From an uncultured Clostridia bacterium (lineage in GTDB: Bacteria > Bacillota > Clostridia > Christensenellales > UBA1242), in contig CALVNT010000038.1 of NCBI GenBank assembly GCA_944349925.1, positions 6,197-70,196 on the forward strand: a stretch of 64,000 nt of DNA, given 5' to 3'. Below, in pieces: positions 25,898-36,093 of the stretch. The notes beneath the pieces were generated by a model. It did not search any database. It was not told where the DNA came from and was given only the letters and a program-made list of their open reading frames with translations. Position 1 is the stretch's first letter; every line of letters starts with the position of its first letter. The position numbers were made by a program, and so were the translations under genes.

Positions 25898-28800
25898 TTA
25901 CACATTTTTTAAAGCAGACTGAAAAAACTCTATCAATTTTTTAAGTTTGGTTATAGATGAGCCTTCAAAATTAAATACTATTTTAACATTATTATCTACA
26001 GCAAGTTTTCCTTTAAATTCTTCAAGTTTGTCTGCAAGATTTTTGTCAATCAAGTTTTCTTGCTTTTTAAGCACAACTTCACATAAGCCATTATTGATTT
26101 TTATTTTTTCAATGTTAAAGTGACTTGACAAATTTCTAAGATAAGCAAGCTCACAAAGATTTTTAATTTCATTTGGAACTATGCCAAATCCATCATTTAA
26201 ACTACTTAAAATTTCATCTAATTCTTTTTGACTTTGAATTTCGCTAATACGAGTATAATATGCAATTCTTTCTTCGCTTATAGGGATATAATTCTCATCA
26301 ATAAATGCATCGAGCGCCACTTCCATTTTAACATCATTTTGAACTTGAGTTTTTTCGCCTTTAAGCCTTTTAACTTCCTCGTCTAGCAATTTAACATACA
26401 TATCATAACCCACTTTAGCGATATGCCCATGTTGTTGTTTGCCAAAAATGTTGCCCGCACCACGGATTTCTAAATCTCGCATAGCTATTTTAAATCCGCT
26501 TCCAAGGGTAGAAAATTCTTTTAATGCTTGCAACCTTTTTACCGATTGCTCCGTCAAAACTTTGTCTTTTTTGTAAGTCAGGTATGCATAACTAAGTTTA
26601 TCACTACGCCCTATTCTGCCTCTAAGTTGATAAAGCGTGCTAAGCCCCAATTTATCCGCATCAATCACCACCATAGTATTTGCTCTAGACAAATCAACAC
26701 CATTTTCTATTAAAGTTGTTGATACAAGTATATCGTACTGCCCTTGATAAAGTTTTTCTACAATATTTTCAAGCTGTTTTTCTGCCATTTGACCGTGCGC
26801 AAAAGCAATCTTACATTCTGGCAAAAGCGTTTGTAAAAATGCAGTAAACGCATCTATATTTTCAACCCTGTTATAAATAACAAAAGAAATTCCACCTCTT
26901 GCTTTTTCACGCGAAAGCACATCTTTTACAAGTTGGTCATCATATTCGGCAACATAAGTTTGAATTGGCAATCTGTCTTTTGGCGGAGTCTCAATCACAG
27001 AAATATCTCGAATGCCAGAAAGCGACATATTAAGTGTTCTTGGAATCGGTGTAGCAGATAGAGTAAGCACATCAACTTTTCGACAAAGATTTTTTATTTT
27101 TTCTTTATGTTCAACCCCAAAACGCTGTTCTTCATCGAGAACCAAAAGACCTAAATCTTTAAAACTCACATCGTTTGATAAAAGCCTATGTGTTCCAATT
27201 AAAACATCTACTTTAGCATCTTTTACTCTTTGCAAAATTTCTTTTATCGCCTGAGAAGACTTAAATCTGTTTACAACTTCCACTTTGATGCCAAATCCGT
27301 CAAATCGCTTTGTCAAAGTTGCAAAATGTTGCTCTGACAAAATAGTTGTCGGACATAACAAAGCTGACTGTTTCCCATTATACACACATTTAAAAATTGC
27401 CCGCATTGCAACTTCTGTTTTACCAAAACCAACATCACCACATACAAGCCTATCCATTATTTTTCCGTTTTCCATATCTTTATCAATATCATTTACGGCT
27501 TTTTCTTGGTCAACAGATAATTGGTATGGAAAGGCATCCGCAAATTGTTTTTCCAAAAACTCATCTCTTAAAAACTTAAAACCTTGCCTTTCTTGCCTCT
27601 CTTTATAAATCTGAGCAAGCGAAAAAGCCATTTCTTTGATACTTTGTTTGACTCTCTCTTTAAGTCTTGCAAATTCCGCTCCACCAAGCGAAGACAGTTT
27701 TGGACTTTCTTCACTGCCAATATATGCAGAGATTGTATTAGCCTCTTCACTTGGCAAATATAAAATGCCACCATTTTTATATTCAATAACAAAATAATCT
27801 CTTTCAACATCGGCAATTTTTAATCGTTGAATTTTTATGCATTTGCCTATACCATGAAAGGAGTGGACAACATAATCGCCAAGTTTTGGCATATAAAATA
27901 CTGAATGCTTTGATTTTGAAAACGAAGAAGACGAGTGCTTAAATAAATTTTCACTACCTATGCAAACAATGTTTTCATCTAAAAAAGATACAGAATAAGG
28001 AAAATCAAGGCAAGACAAATATAACTGCTCGCTATAGTTATCGGTAAAATCAAAATCTTTCCAAGAAAGTAAATTTTCATTGCAAAATTCGATTAGTTTT
28101 TGCTTGTAATTTTCTCCTCCAGCAAATAGAACAACTTTTAACCCCATTTTCAAGTAATTTATAATATCATTTTTTAAAGCTAAAAAATCGGTCAAATAAT
28201 TGCGTGCAGGGAGCAAAGACAATCTATAATCAGATTTTACATCATTCAAATTGTCAAACACAAGTTGACATCTTTGGTAAATATAATCAAATTTTGCATA
28301 CATATTTTGATTAAAATATGATAAAACTTGATAACTTTGCATCAAAAAGTCAATTTCTTTAGCAAATTGTTCCGCTTGGTCTAAAATGTTGCTCTTGCAA
28401 ATATCAGCAGAACAGTTTTCTCCCTCTTTCAAGATACAAGGATAAATCTCAATTTGCTTTATTTCTTGAAGATTTTTCATGTTTTCTAAGTCAAAAAAAT
28501 GTATTTGCTCAACTGTATCATCAAAAAATTCTATTCTTACAGGTTTGTCTTCTGTTAAAGGATAAATATCTAAAATATCCCCACGAAGAGCAAATTGCCC
28601 TTTTTCTTGAACTAAATTTTCTCGACTATATCCTATTTCAGAAAGAAAACTAGAAAGTTTTGTCAAATTGTAATCATGATTATTTTCTATTGTATATGGT
28701 TTAAAAAAATCAATATCAAATTTCACGATTGCCGAGCAAGGTAAAAAGATTAAGTAATCAATTTTACCGCTTAGAAATTTACATACATTTTCAACAAAAG

Positions 28801-29032
28801 GTTTTAAATTGTTGTCGTTTTCTTCACGATCAATAGCAGAAGATATAATTTCTGCATTTTTGCCCATCGAATTTAAGGCTCTTTTTATTTTTCCTGCACT
28901 CGCAAAATTGTCAGCAAAAAAAACAGAAGGACCTTTTAAAAGTGCAACAACCGCTTTTTCGCCTTCTCTTGCTCCTGAAATATTCTTAAAATTAAAAAGA
29001 TTTTTTACGGGTTCAAAAAACTTTAAGAACAT
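25898..29032 (-). CDS. mfd: Transcription-repair coupling factor
   Basis: 1,044 aa. GDYVVHSFHGIG, the helicase motifs GDVGFGKTEVA, LVLDEEQRFGV and LTLSATPIPRT, plus QLRGRIGRS. Confidence 0.95.
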   Translation of the reverse strand: MFLKFFEPVKNLFNFKNISGAREGEKAVVALLKGPSVFFADNFASAGKIKRALNSMGKNAEIISSAIDREENDNNLKPFVENVCKFLSGKIDYLIFLPCSAIVKFDIDFFKPYTIENNHDYNLTKLSSFLSEIGYSRENLVQEKGQFALRGDILDIYPLTEDKPVRIEFFDDTVEQIHFFDLENMKNLQEIKQIEIYPCILKEGENCSADICKSNILDQAEQFAKEIDFLMQSYQVLSYFNQNMYAKFDYIYQRCQLVFDNLNDVKSDYRLSLLPARNYLTDFLALKNDIINYLKMGLKVVLFAGGENYKQKLIEFCNENLLSWKDFDFTDNYSEQLYLSCLDFPYSVSFLDENIVCIGSENLFKHSSSSFSKSKHSVFYMPKLGDYVVHSFHGIGKCIKIQRLKIADVERDYFVIEYKNGGILYLPSEEANTISAYIGSEESPKLSSLGGAEFARLKERVKQSIKEMAFSLAQIYKERQERQGFKFLRDEFLEKQFADAFPYQLSVDQEKAVNDIDKDMENGKIMDRLVCGDVGFGKTEVAMRAIFKCVYNGKQSALLCPTTILSEQHFATLTKRFDGFGIKVEVVNRFKSSQAIKEILQRVKDAKVDVLIGTHRLLSNDVSFKDLGLLVLDEEQRFGVEHKEKIKNLCRKVDVLTLSATPIPRTLNMSLSGIRDISVIETPPKDRLPIQTYVAEYDDQLVKDVLSREKARGGISFVIYNRVENIDAFTAFLQTLLPECKIAFAHGQMAEKQLENIVEKLYQGQYDILVSTTLIENGVDLSRANTMVVIDADKLGLSTLYQLRGRIGRSDKLSYAYLTYKKDKVLTEQSVKRLQALKEFSTLGSGFKIAMRDLEIRGAGNIFGKQQHGHIAKVGYDMYVKLLDEEVKRLKGEKTQVQNDVKMEVALDAFIDENYIPISEERIAYYTRISEIQSQKELDEILSSLNDGFGIVPNEIKNLCELAYLRNLSSHFNIEKIKINNGLCEVVLKKQENLIDKNLADKLEEFKGKLAVDNNVKIVFNFEGSSITKLKKLIEFFQSALKNV

Positions 29033-29532
29033 ATTTTCTCCAAAATTAAATTACATACCTCTTCAACTATTTTATTGTAAAAATCTTTATCTTTTATTCT
29101 TGACAAAACAAAATCTGCAAGATCCATACTTAAATCTCTGCCTATCCCTATTTTTACTCTTTCAAAATCTTGGCCAATATATGACACAATCGATCGCAAT
29201 CCATTATGAGTGCCTCCGCTCCCCCTTTCTCTATAACGAATTTTTCCAGCAGGCAAATCAATATCATCTACAGCAACAATTATTCTTGCATCTTTATATT
29301 TTTTCTTTAATAAAACAACAGCTTCTCCACTATTATTCATATAAGTTGTAGGCTTAACTAAAAGCAAACTTTGTCCATTGTAAAAAGTTTTTGCTTGTAA
29401 ACATTTGTCTTTAGAAAGCAAAAAAGATGTTGACAATCTTTTTGCAAGAGAGTCAACTACCATAAATCCGATATTATGATAGGTGTTTTCATATTCTTTT
29501 CCTATATTTCCAAGACCAACGATTATAATCAT
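29023..29532 (-). CDS. pth: Peptidyl-tRNA hydrolase
   Basis: 169 aa. IIVGLGNIGKEYENTYHNIGF and GTHNGLRS. Overlaps the mfd start by 10 nt. Confidence 0.9.
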   Translation of the reverse strand: MIIIVGLGNIGKEYENTYHNIGFMVVDSLAKRLSTSFLLSKDKCLQAKTFYNGQSLLLVKPTTYMNNSGEAVVLLKKKYKDARIIVAVDDIDLPAGKIRYRERGSGGTHNGLRSIVSYIGQDFERVKIGIGRDLSMDLADFVLSRIKDKDFYNKIVEEVCNLILEKICS

Positions 29533-30431
29533 ATTGACTTATTGACAATTTTTTCAAAAGGCGCAACTATTTTTCCATCAGAAATTTTGCTTTGTTCAAT
29601 ATATGAGCCTTCTATAATAGCATTTTTACCGATAATGCTATCTTTTATCACATTTCCGCGTTTTATTATCGCTCCGCTTGATATGACAGATTGCCCCTCG
29701 ATAGAATTGTTTCCATATATAACCACACCACTATCAATTTCAACATCAGCATCTATAGTGATGTCGTCTTCTAAAAGTACTACACCATTTTTGCTATGAT
29801 AAGCCAAAATTTTGCGTTTCAATTCTTTAAGCACTGAAGAAAGCATTTTTCCGTCACAAACTGCTTCAAGTTGAAGCACATTAAATTTGCTACATGGCGC
29901 TTGAACAAATTCACTAATTGTCTTAAGATAATCAACTTTAAATATTGACCCTCTTATAAGATTTAAAGCATTATAACCTTTGATTGAAAAATAATGCAAA
30001 ATTTCATTAAAAAGTCTTTTATCAATTAGTGGCGTGTCGCTATAAAAGACTGCGATTATTTTTTTGTCAGTTTGTATACTTTTTAATTTTTCAATCAAAT
30101 TTTCACTTTCTTCAATAACTAATGTTTGACAGTGATTGCCAGCCATTTTTACCCATTCAAGCATACTTTTTCCGCAAAGCGAAAAATCGTATATATTTTT
30201 TATAAAATCATCATGTTTTGCTTTTATAACAACAAAAAGAACTTCTTGAGCAATCCAGTCAAGATTTTTTTCATTTAAAACAGTCAGTGTTGAACTTTCT
30301 TCTTCTATCAAACTATCAAAATCAAAAGAGATTTGATTTTTAGCGATTTCAATATCTATTTCCTGAGTTTCCATAGAAATAGTATAATTTCTATAAATAA
30401 TTTTGTCAACTTTAAAGTTAAATTTTTGCAA
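29529..30431 (-). CDS. Degenerate, truncated GlmU-like protein (nucleotidyltransferase-like fold plus a short left-handed beta-helix)
   Basis: 300 aa, occupying the glmU position upstream of pth-mfd. VFYSDTPLID and hexapeptide turns (DADVEIDSGVVIYGNNSIEGQSVISSGAIIKRGNVIKDSIIGKNAIIEG) are kept. The LAAGKGTRM loop is replaced (VVIKAKHDDF) and the C-terminal ~150 aa are missing. The TTG start is uncertain. Confidence 0.5.
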   Translation of the reverse strand: MQKFNFKVDKIIYRNYTISMETQEIDIEIAKNQISFDFDSLIEEESSTLTVLNEKNLDWIAQEVLFVVIKAKHDDFIKNIYDFSLCGKSMLEWVKMAGNHCQTLVIEESENLIEKLKSIQTDKKIIAVFYSDTPLIDKRLFNEILHYFSIKGYNALNLIRGSIFKVDYLKTISEFVQAPCSKFNVLQLEAVCDGKMLSSVLKELKRKILAYHSKNGVVLLEDDITIDADVEIDSGVVIYGNNSIEGQSVISSGAIIKRGNVIKDSIIGKNAIIEGSYIEQSKISDGKIVAPFEKIVNKSI

Positions 30432-30507
30432 AAATTAAAATTTTTAAAAACGTGTAAAAAAACACTTTTTAGACTAAAAGATTTACAAAGTTAAAATTAA
30501 ATATAAT

Positions 30508-30903
30508 TTACAAAATGTTGTGTACATTTGCACCCATAAAATGCAAATAATTATGACAATACATTCTTATGGAATCAAGCGATTCTTTAAAGTCTTCTAT
30601 ATTATCAGTTGAAATACATGATTTTAAGTGTGAAATTTCATAACTTAACTCTTTTATAGAAATATGATTTACAAGATAACAAAGTTTAGACTCATTTTCT
30701 ACCCAGTCATATTCTAGATTATCGACCATTAGAACTATTTGTGTCTCTTTAAGACTATCTTTTCCTGCAATTACACTTTCAATATTATAGCACTGGTTTT
30801 GCACACTTTCCAAAGATGAAGAAACAAGCACCTCTTCAACAATGCATATTGCAACTAAAAACAAAAAAATAAAGAAGAAATTGATATAATGAAAAATTTT
30901 CAT
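30508..30903 (-). CDS. DUF4363-like small membrane-anchored protein
   Basis: 131 aa with an N-terminal TM segment. Overlaps the stop of the upstream DUF421 gene, which is the usual pairing. Confidence 0.5.
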   Translation of the reverse strand: MKIFHYINFFFIFLFLVAICIVEEVLVSSSLESVQNQCYNIESVIAGKDSLKETQIVLMVDNLEYDWVENESKLCYLVNHISIKELSYEISHLKSCISTDNIEDFKESLDSIRMYCHNYLHFMGANVHNIL

Positions 30904-31613
30904 GTTTTCACCAACCTTTGAACTTGAAAAGTTTTACCTTTATCTTTTTTTAATTGGATATACCCCGCCCCAGACTGCTCAATTGTGAGAACTAAAACAT
31001 CTTGAATTTTTGCATTTGTTTGGTTTTTTACTAAATTTGTTACTTTTTCTTCATTCAAATTTGCTAAAGCAATATTTTCTTTTAAAATTTTTCCTTCACT
31101 GATTAAAGTTATTGGCACAAAACTTTCTTGAGCTTTAATTTTTAAATCTTTGCAAGTGGAAGGAGCAAATTCTGCTTTTGGCAAAACAGAAATTTTTCCA
31201 TTCGTCTCTACTATAGCATATTGTACCTGCCCTACCGAGAAAAACCCTTTTTCTCTTAAAGAAGCAAAAATATCGTCGATGGTAAGATTTAGTTTTTTCA
31301 TTGCTTTATAATCAATACCATCAGGATTGATAAGGATCACCGGTTTGCCTGAAAGAATTTTGCTCAAAACAGTGCTGATTTTAGTAAAAATTGTTAAAAC
31401 AAAATGCATGATTACTAATGTCAAAAGAGGAATAATTCCATGCAAAACGGGAATGGATATATCTGCCATGGGAATTGTAGCAAGGTCAGCAATAATAAGC
31501 GTTAAAACAAGCTCAAAAGGTTGCATCTGACCAATTTGCCTTTTGCCCATAAGCCTAAAAACTAAAAGCACTATACAATAAATTAAAATTGACCGAACTA
31601 TAATTGTAAACAT
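30900..31613 (-). CDS. DUF421 (YetF-like) membrane protein
   Basis: 237 aa. LVFRLMGKRQIGQMQPFELVLTLIIADLA is the family signature. Confidence 0.75.
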   Translation of the reverse strand: MFTIIVRSILIYCIVLLVFRLMGKRQIGQMQPFELVLTLIIADLATIPMADISIPVLHGIIPLLTLVIMHFVLTIFTKISTVLSKILSGKPVILINPDGIDYKAMKKLNLTIDDIFASLREKGFFSVGQVQYAIVETNGKISVLPKAEFAPSTCKDLKIKAQESFVPITLISEGKILKENIALANLNEEKVTNLVKNQTNAKIQDVLVLTIEQSGAGYIQLKKDKGKTFQVQRLVKT

Positions 31614-31701
31614 GCTTTATTATGAGCAAATATAAAAAAATTACATAGCTAGCTTAAAAATAATTATTTTTTGTACAAAAATAATAAAACTTGTTTGCTT
31701 T

Positions 31702-33252
31702 TCAAGCCCTTTTTGCTTTTTTCTTTTTTAAACCTTTAGCAAAATTGTTTGCTTTTACTATAAAAGTTTTTATATCTATTAAGCCAAAAACTGCGCAAAG
31801 CAGTAAAAAACTAACAACGCTTATAACTCCGCCCAATGCTAAGGTGAAAAATAAAGGTAAAAAGTGATCGCAAATGCCGACAACAAACCCTGATAATGCT
31901 GCGCTAGGCAAAATGATAATTATTAACATCGCTACAGTCTTTAAAAGATTGAGTTTTATACCTGTCTTCTTTTTCAACATAATCAAATTTAAAATTCCAG
32001 TCACTAAATAACTTGCCCCAAGTCCCCAAATAAAAGCATTGATACCAACAAGTGAAGGCAAAAACCAAATAGCGATAAACATGACAATGGTTCCAAAAAT
32101 AAAGTTTTTAAATGATTTAACTTCATATCCTAGCGAATTTAATAGCGATGATGTGATGTTTGTCAAACCAAGCGGAAGAAGCACAAAACTTGCAGATTGC
32201 AAAAGCGTTCCACTCATGACATTGTCATAAAGAAATATACCAGCAAGTTCTCCCATAGCAAGATAGGCAGGAATAAAAAGTGAAGAAATAATAAGCGAAA
32301 AAGAAATTGATGAACGAATTCGGTTTTCAATATGCATTTTGTCATTTTGCGCTACAGCTTTCGACATATCTGGAATTAAAGCCGTTGAAAGTGAACCAAT
32401 AATAGTAGTTGGCACAAAAAGCAGTGGTAAAGTCATACCTACAGCAACACCATAAAGCGTCATTGCTTGAGCAGAAGTATACCCAATGCTCATAAGTTTT
32501 GCTGGCAAAATGATTGCAACCAAAGGTTGAATAAAACTTCCCGCAACCCTTATACCTGTTATTGGAGCAGACTGCTTTATCAAAGGTTTAAAAATATTTT
32601 TTGAAGGTCTAGACAATTTTCCACCATAGAAAAAATATAAAATAATAACTAAAAGCATTGACAAAAGACAAGCTATATTTAAGGACCATGCAACATTGAA
32701 TGCATTTGCGATAACATCAATTGAACTTCCAATCAAAATTACGCAAATTAAAATTCTCACTATTTGCTCATACAGCTCACTAGCACATAATGCAAAATAG
32801 TTATCTTTTCCCCACATTGCACCACGAAAAACACTGTAAACTGCTGAAAAGACTAAACTAGGAAGCATAATGATTAAAATTTGAAGACACCTTTCATCTG
32901 TAAACATTGAAGAAAATAAATTTCTAAAAGCTAGCACAATTAAGCATAAAATTATGGAAAGAGATAGTGCAAAAATGAGTGCTGTTGAAACCAAAGAACT
33001 TTCTTTTTTTCTTTCTTTAGAAACAGAAAAAGATGAAGTCATTCTAGAAATAATAAGCGGAAGTCCACTTGCTATGATAGTCATCAAAACCATAAAAATC
33101 GAAAATGCCACTTGGTAAATCCCAAGTGCTTCGGCCCCGACCACTCTAGAAAGATAAATGCGAAATAAAAATCCAACAACTCGTGTCACAACAGAAAACA
33201 TTGTTATAAGCGCAACTGTTTTAAATAGTGATTTCATAGCCCCTCTCTTCAT
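31702..33252 (-). CDS. MOP-superfamily flippase (SpoVB/YabM/MurJ-like)
   Basis: 516 aa with about 14 TM segments. N-terminus TRVVGFLFRIYLSRVVGAEALGIYQVAFSIF. Confidence 0.7.
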   Translation of the reverse strand: MKRGAMKSLFKTVALITMFSVVTRVVGFLFRIYLSRVVGAEALGIYQVAFSIFMVLMTIIASGLPLIISRMTSSFSVSKERKKESSLVSTALIFALSLSIILCLIVLAFRNLFSSMFTDERCLQILIIMLPSLVFSAVYSVFRGAMWGKDNYFALCASELYEQIVRILICVILIGSSIDVIANAFNVAWSLNIACLLSMLLVIILYFFYGGKLSRPSKNIFKPLIKQSAPITGIRVAGSFIQPLVAIILPAKLMSIGYTSAQAMTLYGVAVGMTLPLLFVPTTIIGSLSTALIPDMSKAVAQNDKMHIENRIRSSISFSLIISSLFIPAYLAMGELAGIFLYDNVMSGTLLQSASFVLLPLGLTNITSSLLNSLGYEVKSFKNFIFGTIVMFIAIWFLPSLVGINAFIWGLGASYLVTGILNLIMLKKKTGIKLNLLKTVAMLIIIILPSAALSGFVVGICDHFLPLFFTLALGGVISVVSFLLLCAVFGLIDIKTFIVKANNFAKGLKKKKAKRA

Positions 33253-33299
33253 ATAAATATTTAAAGAAAATTTAAAATATTATCAATAAGAGGTATCTT

Positions 33300-33452
33300 A
33301 TGAAAAAAAACTTAAATCCATTTTATATAGTAAAAGAAAATGAAAATATTGAGCACATAGCTAAAACTTGCCAAACGAGCGCAATTTCATTGCTTATAAA
33401 AAATCAGATATTGCCAAAAGATGTGAAAAAAGGTAAAGTTTTGTTTTATTAA
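33300..33452 (+). CDS. Small LysM-domain protein (50 aa; below the ORF-track cutoff)
   Basis: Own translation: MKKNLNPFYIVKENENIEHIAKTCQTSAISLLIKNQILPKDVKKGKVLFY. It fits the LysM pattern Y.V....(L/I)..IA......S...L...N......GK.L. AAGAGGT RBS at 33288-33294. Confidence 0.5.
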   Translation: MKKNLNPFYIVKENENIEHIAKTCQTSAISLLIKNQILPKDVKKGKVLFY

Positions 33453-33478
33453 GAAATTAAACATAAAAAAAGAAAATT

Positions 33479-34216
33479 TTAATTATTTAATTTATTTTCC
33501 TTTGTATTTTTAGATTTTTTTCTTGTGATTTTATATACAAAATTTTCAATTTGTTTATTATATTTTAAAGAAAAATAAATAGCCAAAATTGCTAAAATTG
33601 CAAGCATTATCCAAACATATAACCCCCAGCCTGAAAAAGGAATAATATCACCCGCTGATAGAAAACTCATTGTAAAAACACCTATTGTTCGAGTAATAAG
33701 TTGTGTTGCCATAAAAAAGGTCCAACTCATATCTGTAAGACCAGCAATCATACAAAGCACATCATCTGGAAAAAACGGCAACAACATCATTAAAACAAAA
33801 CTATATTTGGCGTTGCTAAGATAAATTGACCATTTTTTCTCAGTTTCCTTTCCAACCATAAACACAACAACTTTTTTACCAAAAATGCGCCCTATCGCAA
33901 AAGCCACAGCACTACCGAGCAAAATCCCAGCCAAAGATAAAAGTGAAGCTTGAAAAGCACCATAGATAAGAGTGCCTGCAACAACAACTATCGGAGATGG
34001 AATTGGCAAAAAGGCCACTTGTAAAAATTGCAAAAACACAAAAAAAACTCTTCCCCATATACCTAGATCGAGAATGAAATTTTTAAGTTTATCAACTGAA
34101 TTTAATTTTTCCCACCAGCCTGTATAAAGTAAAATTAGATATACACCAGCAAAAAGAACTGCCAAAACTAAAATGACAAGCAAAATTTTAAAAATAGTTC
34201 TTCTTTTTGCGCTCAT
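33479..34216 (-). CDS. TVP38/TMEM64 (DedA-related) membrane protein
   Basis: 245 aa. FLQFLQVAFLPIPSPIVVVAGTLIYG. Confidence 0.75.
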   Translation of the reverse strand: MSAKRRTIFKILLVILVLAVLFAGVYLILLYTGWWEKLNSVDKLKNFILDLGIWGRVFFVFLQFLQVAFLPIPSPIVVVAGTLIYGAFQASLLSLAGILLGSAVAFAIGRIFGKKVVVFMVGKETEKKWSIYLSNAKYSFVLMMLLPFFPDDVLCMIAGLTDMSWTFFMATQLITRTIGVFTMSFLSAGDIIPFSGWGLYVWIMLAILAILAIYFSLKYNKQIENFVYKITRKKSKNTKENKLNN

Positions 34217-34306
34217 AACTTTATAATAACTCTTTCATTTAGATAATATTCTCTATAAAGCATATTTTTTTTGATTAAACAAATAATAGTTGCAAAGGAG
34301 AAAAAA

Positions 34307-35836
34307 GTGAAAAAAGATTTAGAAAAAGATAGAAAAACTTTAAATGAAAATAATACAAAAAATGCGGGCAAAGAAGTAAAAACTAAAAGAAAAAAATCAT
34401 CTGTTATTTGGCTTTTCACTGTAGCCTTTATTGCTGTTGGACTTTTAGTTTTTTGTCAATTTTATTTTGGAGATCCTGTGAATGATAAAACTACTTATTA
34501 CCAAAACACTTCAGTAAACGGAATCGATGTATCCGGACTTACAAAGGAAGAAGCTTCACAGCTTGTTAGTTCTTCTTTGGCAAAGGAAATGTCAGAAACA
34601 AAAATTGTTTTAAAAAGCGGAGATAAAAATTGGGAATTAAATGGAAGTGAGTTCGAATATGTTGGAAATATAGAAAATCCTCTTGCTGAAATTTTAGACT
34701 ATGGACGCGAAGGAAACATATTCGAAAAGAAAAGAATTGAAAATCAAATAAAAAATGAAGGATTGAATGTAAATATTCCGTACACGAATTTATTTGGAGG
34801 TATGCAAGAAAAAATAGAACAAATTTGTAAAGATGTAGAAAAAGTATCATCTTCAAGTCAGATAAAATTTGAACCCAACAAGACACAAATGTTTTCTGTA
34901 GTTACTGGAAACACCGGTTATATTGTCGATAGAGAGGCTCTTTCAAACAAAATCGACGAAGCCATTGCAACAAAAAATTTTGAAGCAATTGAAATTCCAT
35001 TGACAGAAATCATTCCAGATGTAGACACTGAAAATTTATTAAAACAAATTGGTAAAAGAAGCGAATTTTCTACTTCTTACTCTACAAGTTCTATAAAAAG
35101 AAAGAACAATATAAAAAAAGCCCTTTCAAATTTCAACGGAATGACAATTTTGCCCGGAGAAGAAGTCTCTTTTAATAAGACAACTGGCCCTAGGACAAAA
35201 GAAAATGGATATGAAAACGCAAATATAATTATAGATGGTTCATATGTCCCCGGCACCGGAGGCGGAGTCTGCCAAGCATCTACCACACTTTATAATGCTC
35301 TTTTACTTGCAGATATTGAAGTTATAACCGCTCATCACCACTCACTTCCTGCTAGTTATGTTTCACTTTCTTTTGATGCAATGGTTAGCGAAGGTTATGC
35401 TGATTTGGTTTTTAAAAATAATACTGATGCACCAATTTTTATCAAAACAATATGCGATGAAAATAATGTAACAGTAGAAATATATGGAAAAAACTTTGAG
35501 GAAGGTACAGAAATCAAAACCCGTTCTGAACTTGTAAAAATAATTCCACATTCAGGAGATAAAATAATTGCTGATACCGAAGGTAAATATTCTAATCAAG
35601 TATTATATAAAGGCGAATATTATAGATTGAAATATCCAAAACAAGGTTATGAAAGCAAGGGATATCTTGAGTACTATAAAAATGGTGAGCTTGTTGAAGA
35701 AAAACAAATAAGACATGACCACTATCAACCTCAAATGGGAATAATTATAGAAGGGACGGAAAAACTTGAAGATGGAATGACTTTGCCTGACAATTCAGTT
35801 AAATTTATACCACCACAAAAAATAGCAAAATCATAA
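34307..35836 (+). CDS. VanW-family protein
   Basis: GGGVCQASTTLYNALLLADIEVITAHHHSLPASYV is the VanW core, preceded by an N-terminal TM segment. The start is placed at GTG 34307 (AAAGGAG 6 nt upstream) rather than at the track start 34271. Confidence 0.85.
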   Translation: MKKDLEKDRKTLNENNTKNAGKEVKTKRKKSSVIWLFTVAFIAVGLLVFCQFYFGDPVNDKTTYYQNTSVNGIDVSGLTKEEASQLVSSSLAKEMSETKIVLKSGDKNWELNGSEFEYVGNIENPLAEILDYGREGNIFEKKRIENQIKNEGLNVNIPYTNLFGGMQEKIEQICKDVEKVSSSSQIKFEPNKTQMFSVVTGNTGYIVDREALSNKIDEAIATKNFEAIEIPLTEIIPDVDTENLLKQIGKRSEFSTSYSTSSIKRKNNIKKALSNFNGMTILPGEEVSFNKTTGPRTKENGYENANIIIDGSYVPGTGGGVCQASTTLYNALLLADIEVITAHHHSLPASYVSLSFDAMVSEGYADLVFKNNTDAPIFIKTICDENNVTVEIYGKNFEEGTEIKTRSELVKIIPHSGDKIIADTEGKYSNQVLYKGEYYRLKYPKQGYESKGYLEYYKNGELVEEKQIRHDHYQPQMGIIIEGTEKLEDGMTLPDNSVKFIPPQKIAKS

Positions 35837-35910
35837 ACGGGCTTTTATAATTTTAAAAAATATAATAAACTTCAATTTATTTAAAAAAAATGTAAAACTT
35901 AAATTGAATT

Positions 35911-36025
35911 TTACGCTTTTCGTTTTGCCTAAGCAAAACAAAAAAAGGCGAGAAACAGACAAAACATAAAAGTTTTGATTTCTCGCCTTTTTTCTTAGCA
36001 ATAAAAATTGCTAAGAAAAGCGTAA
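35911..36025. other. 115-nt perfectly nested four-way-junction element that includes a bidirectional terminator
   Basis: Outer 11-bp stem ttacgcttttc (35911-35921) / gaaaagcgtaa (36015-36025). Arm 1 is gttttgc-ctaa-gcaaaac (35922-35939). Arm 2 is aaaaaaggcgagaaa / tttctcgcctttttt (35941-35955 / 35979-35993) with a 23-nt loop. Arm 3 is ttagcaat-aaaa-attgctaa (35995-36014). Confidence 0.6.
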
Positions 36026-36093
36026 TATAAAATTTGTATTAAATTTATGATAAATTATTGGAAAATATAATTTAAAATTCCAATAGAAATCTA

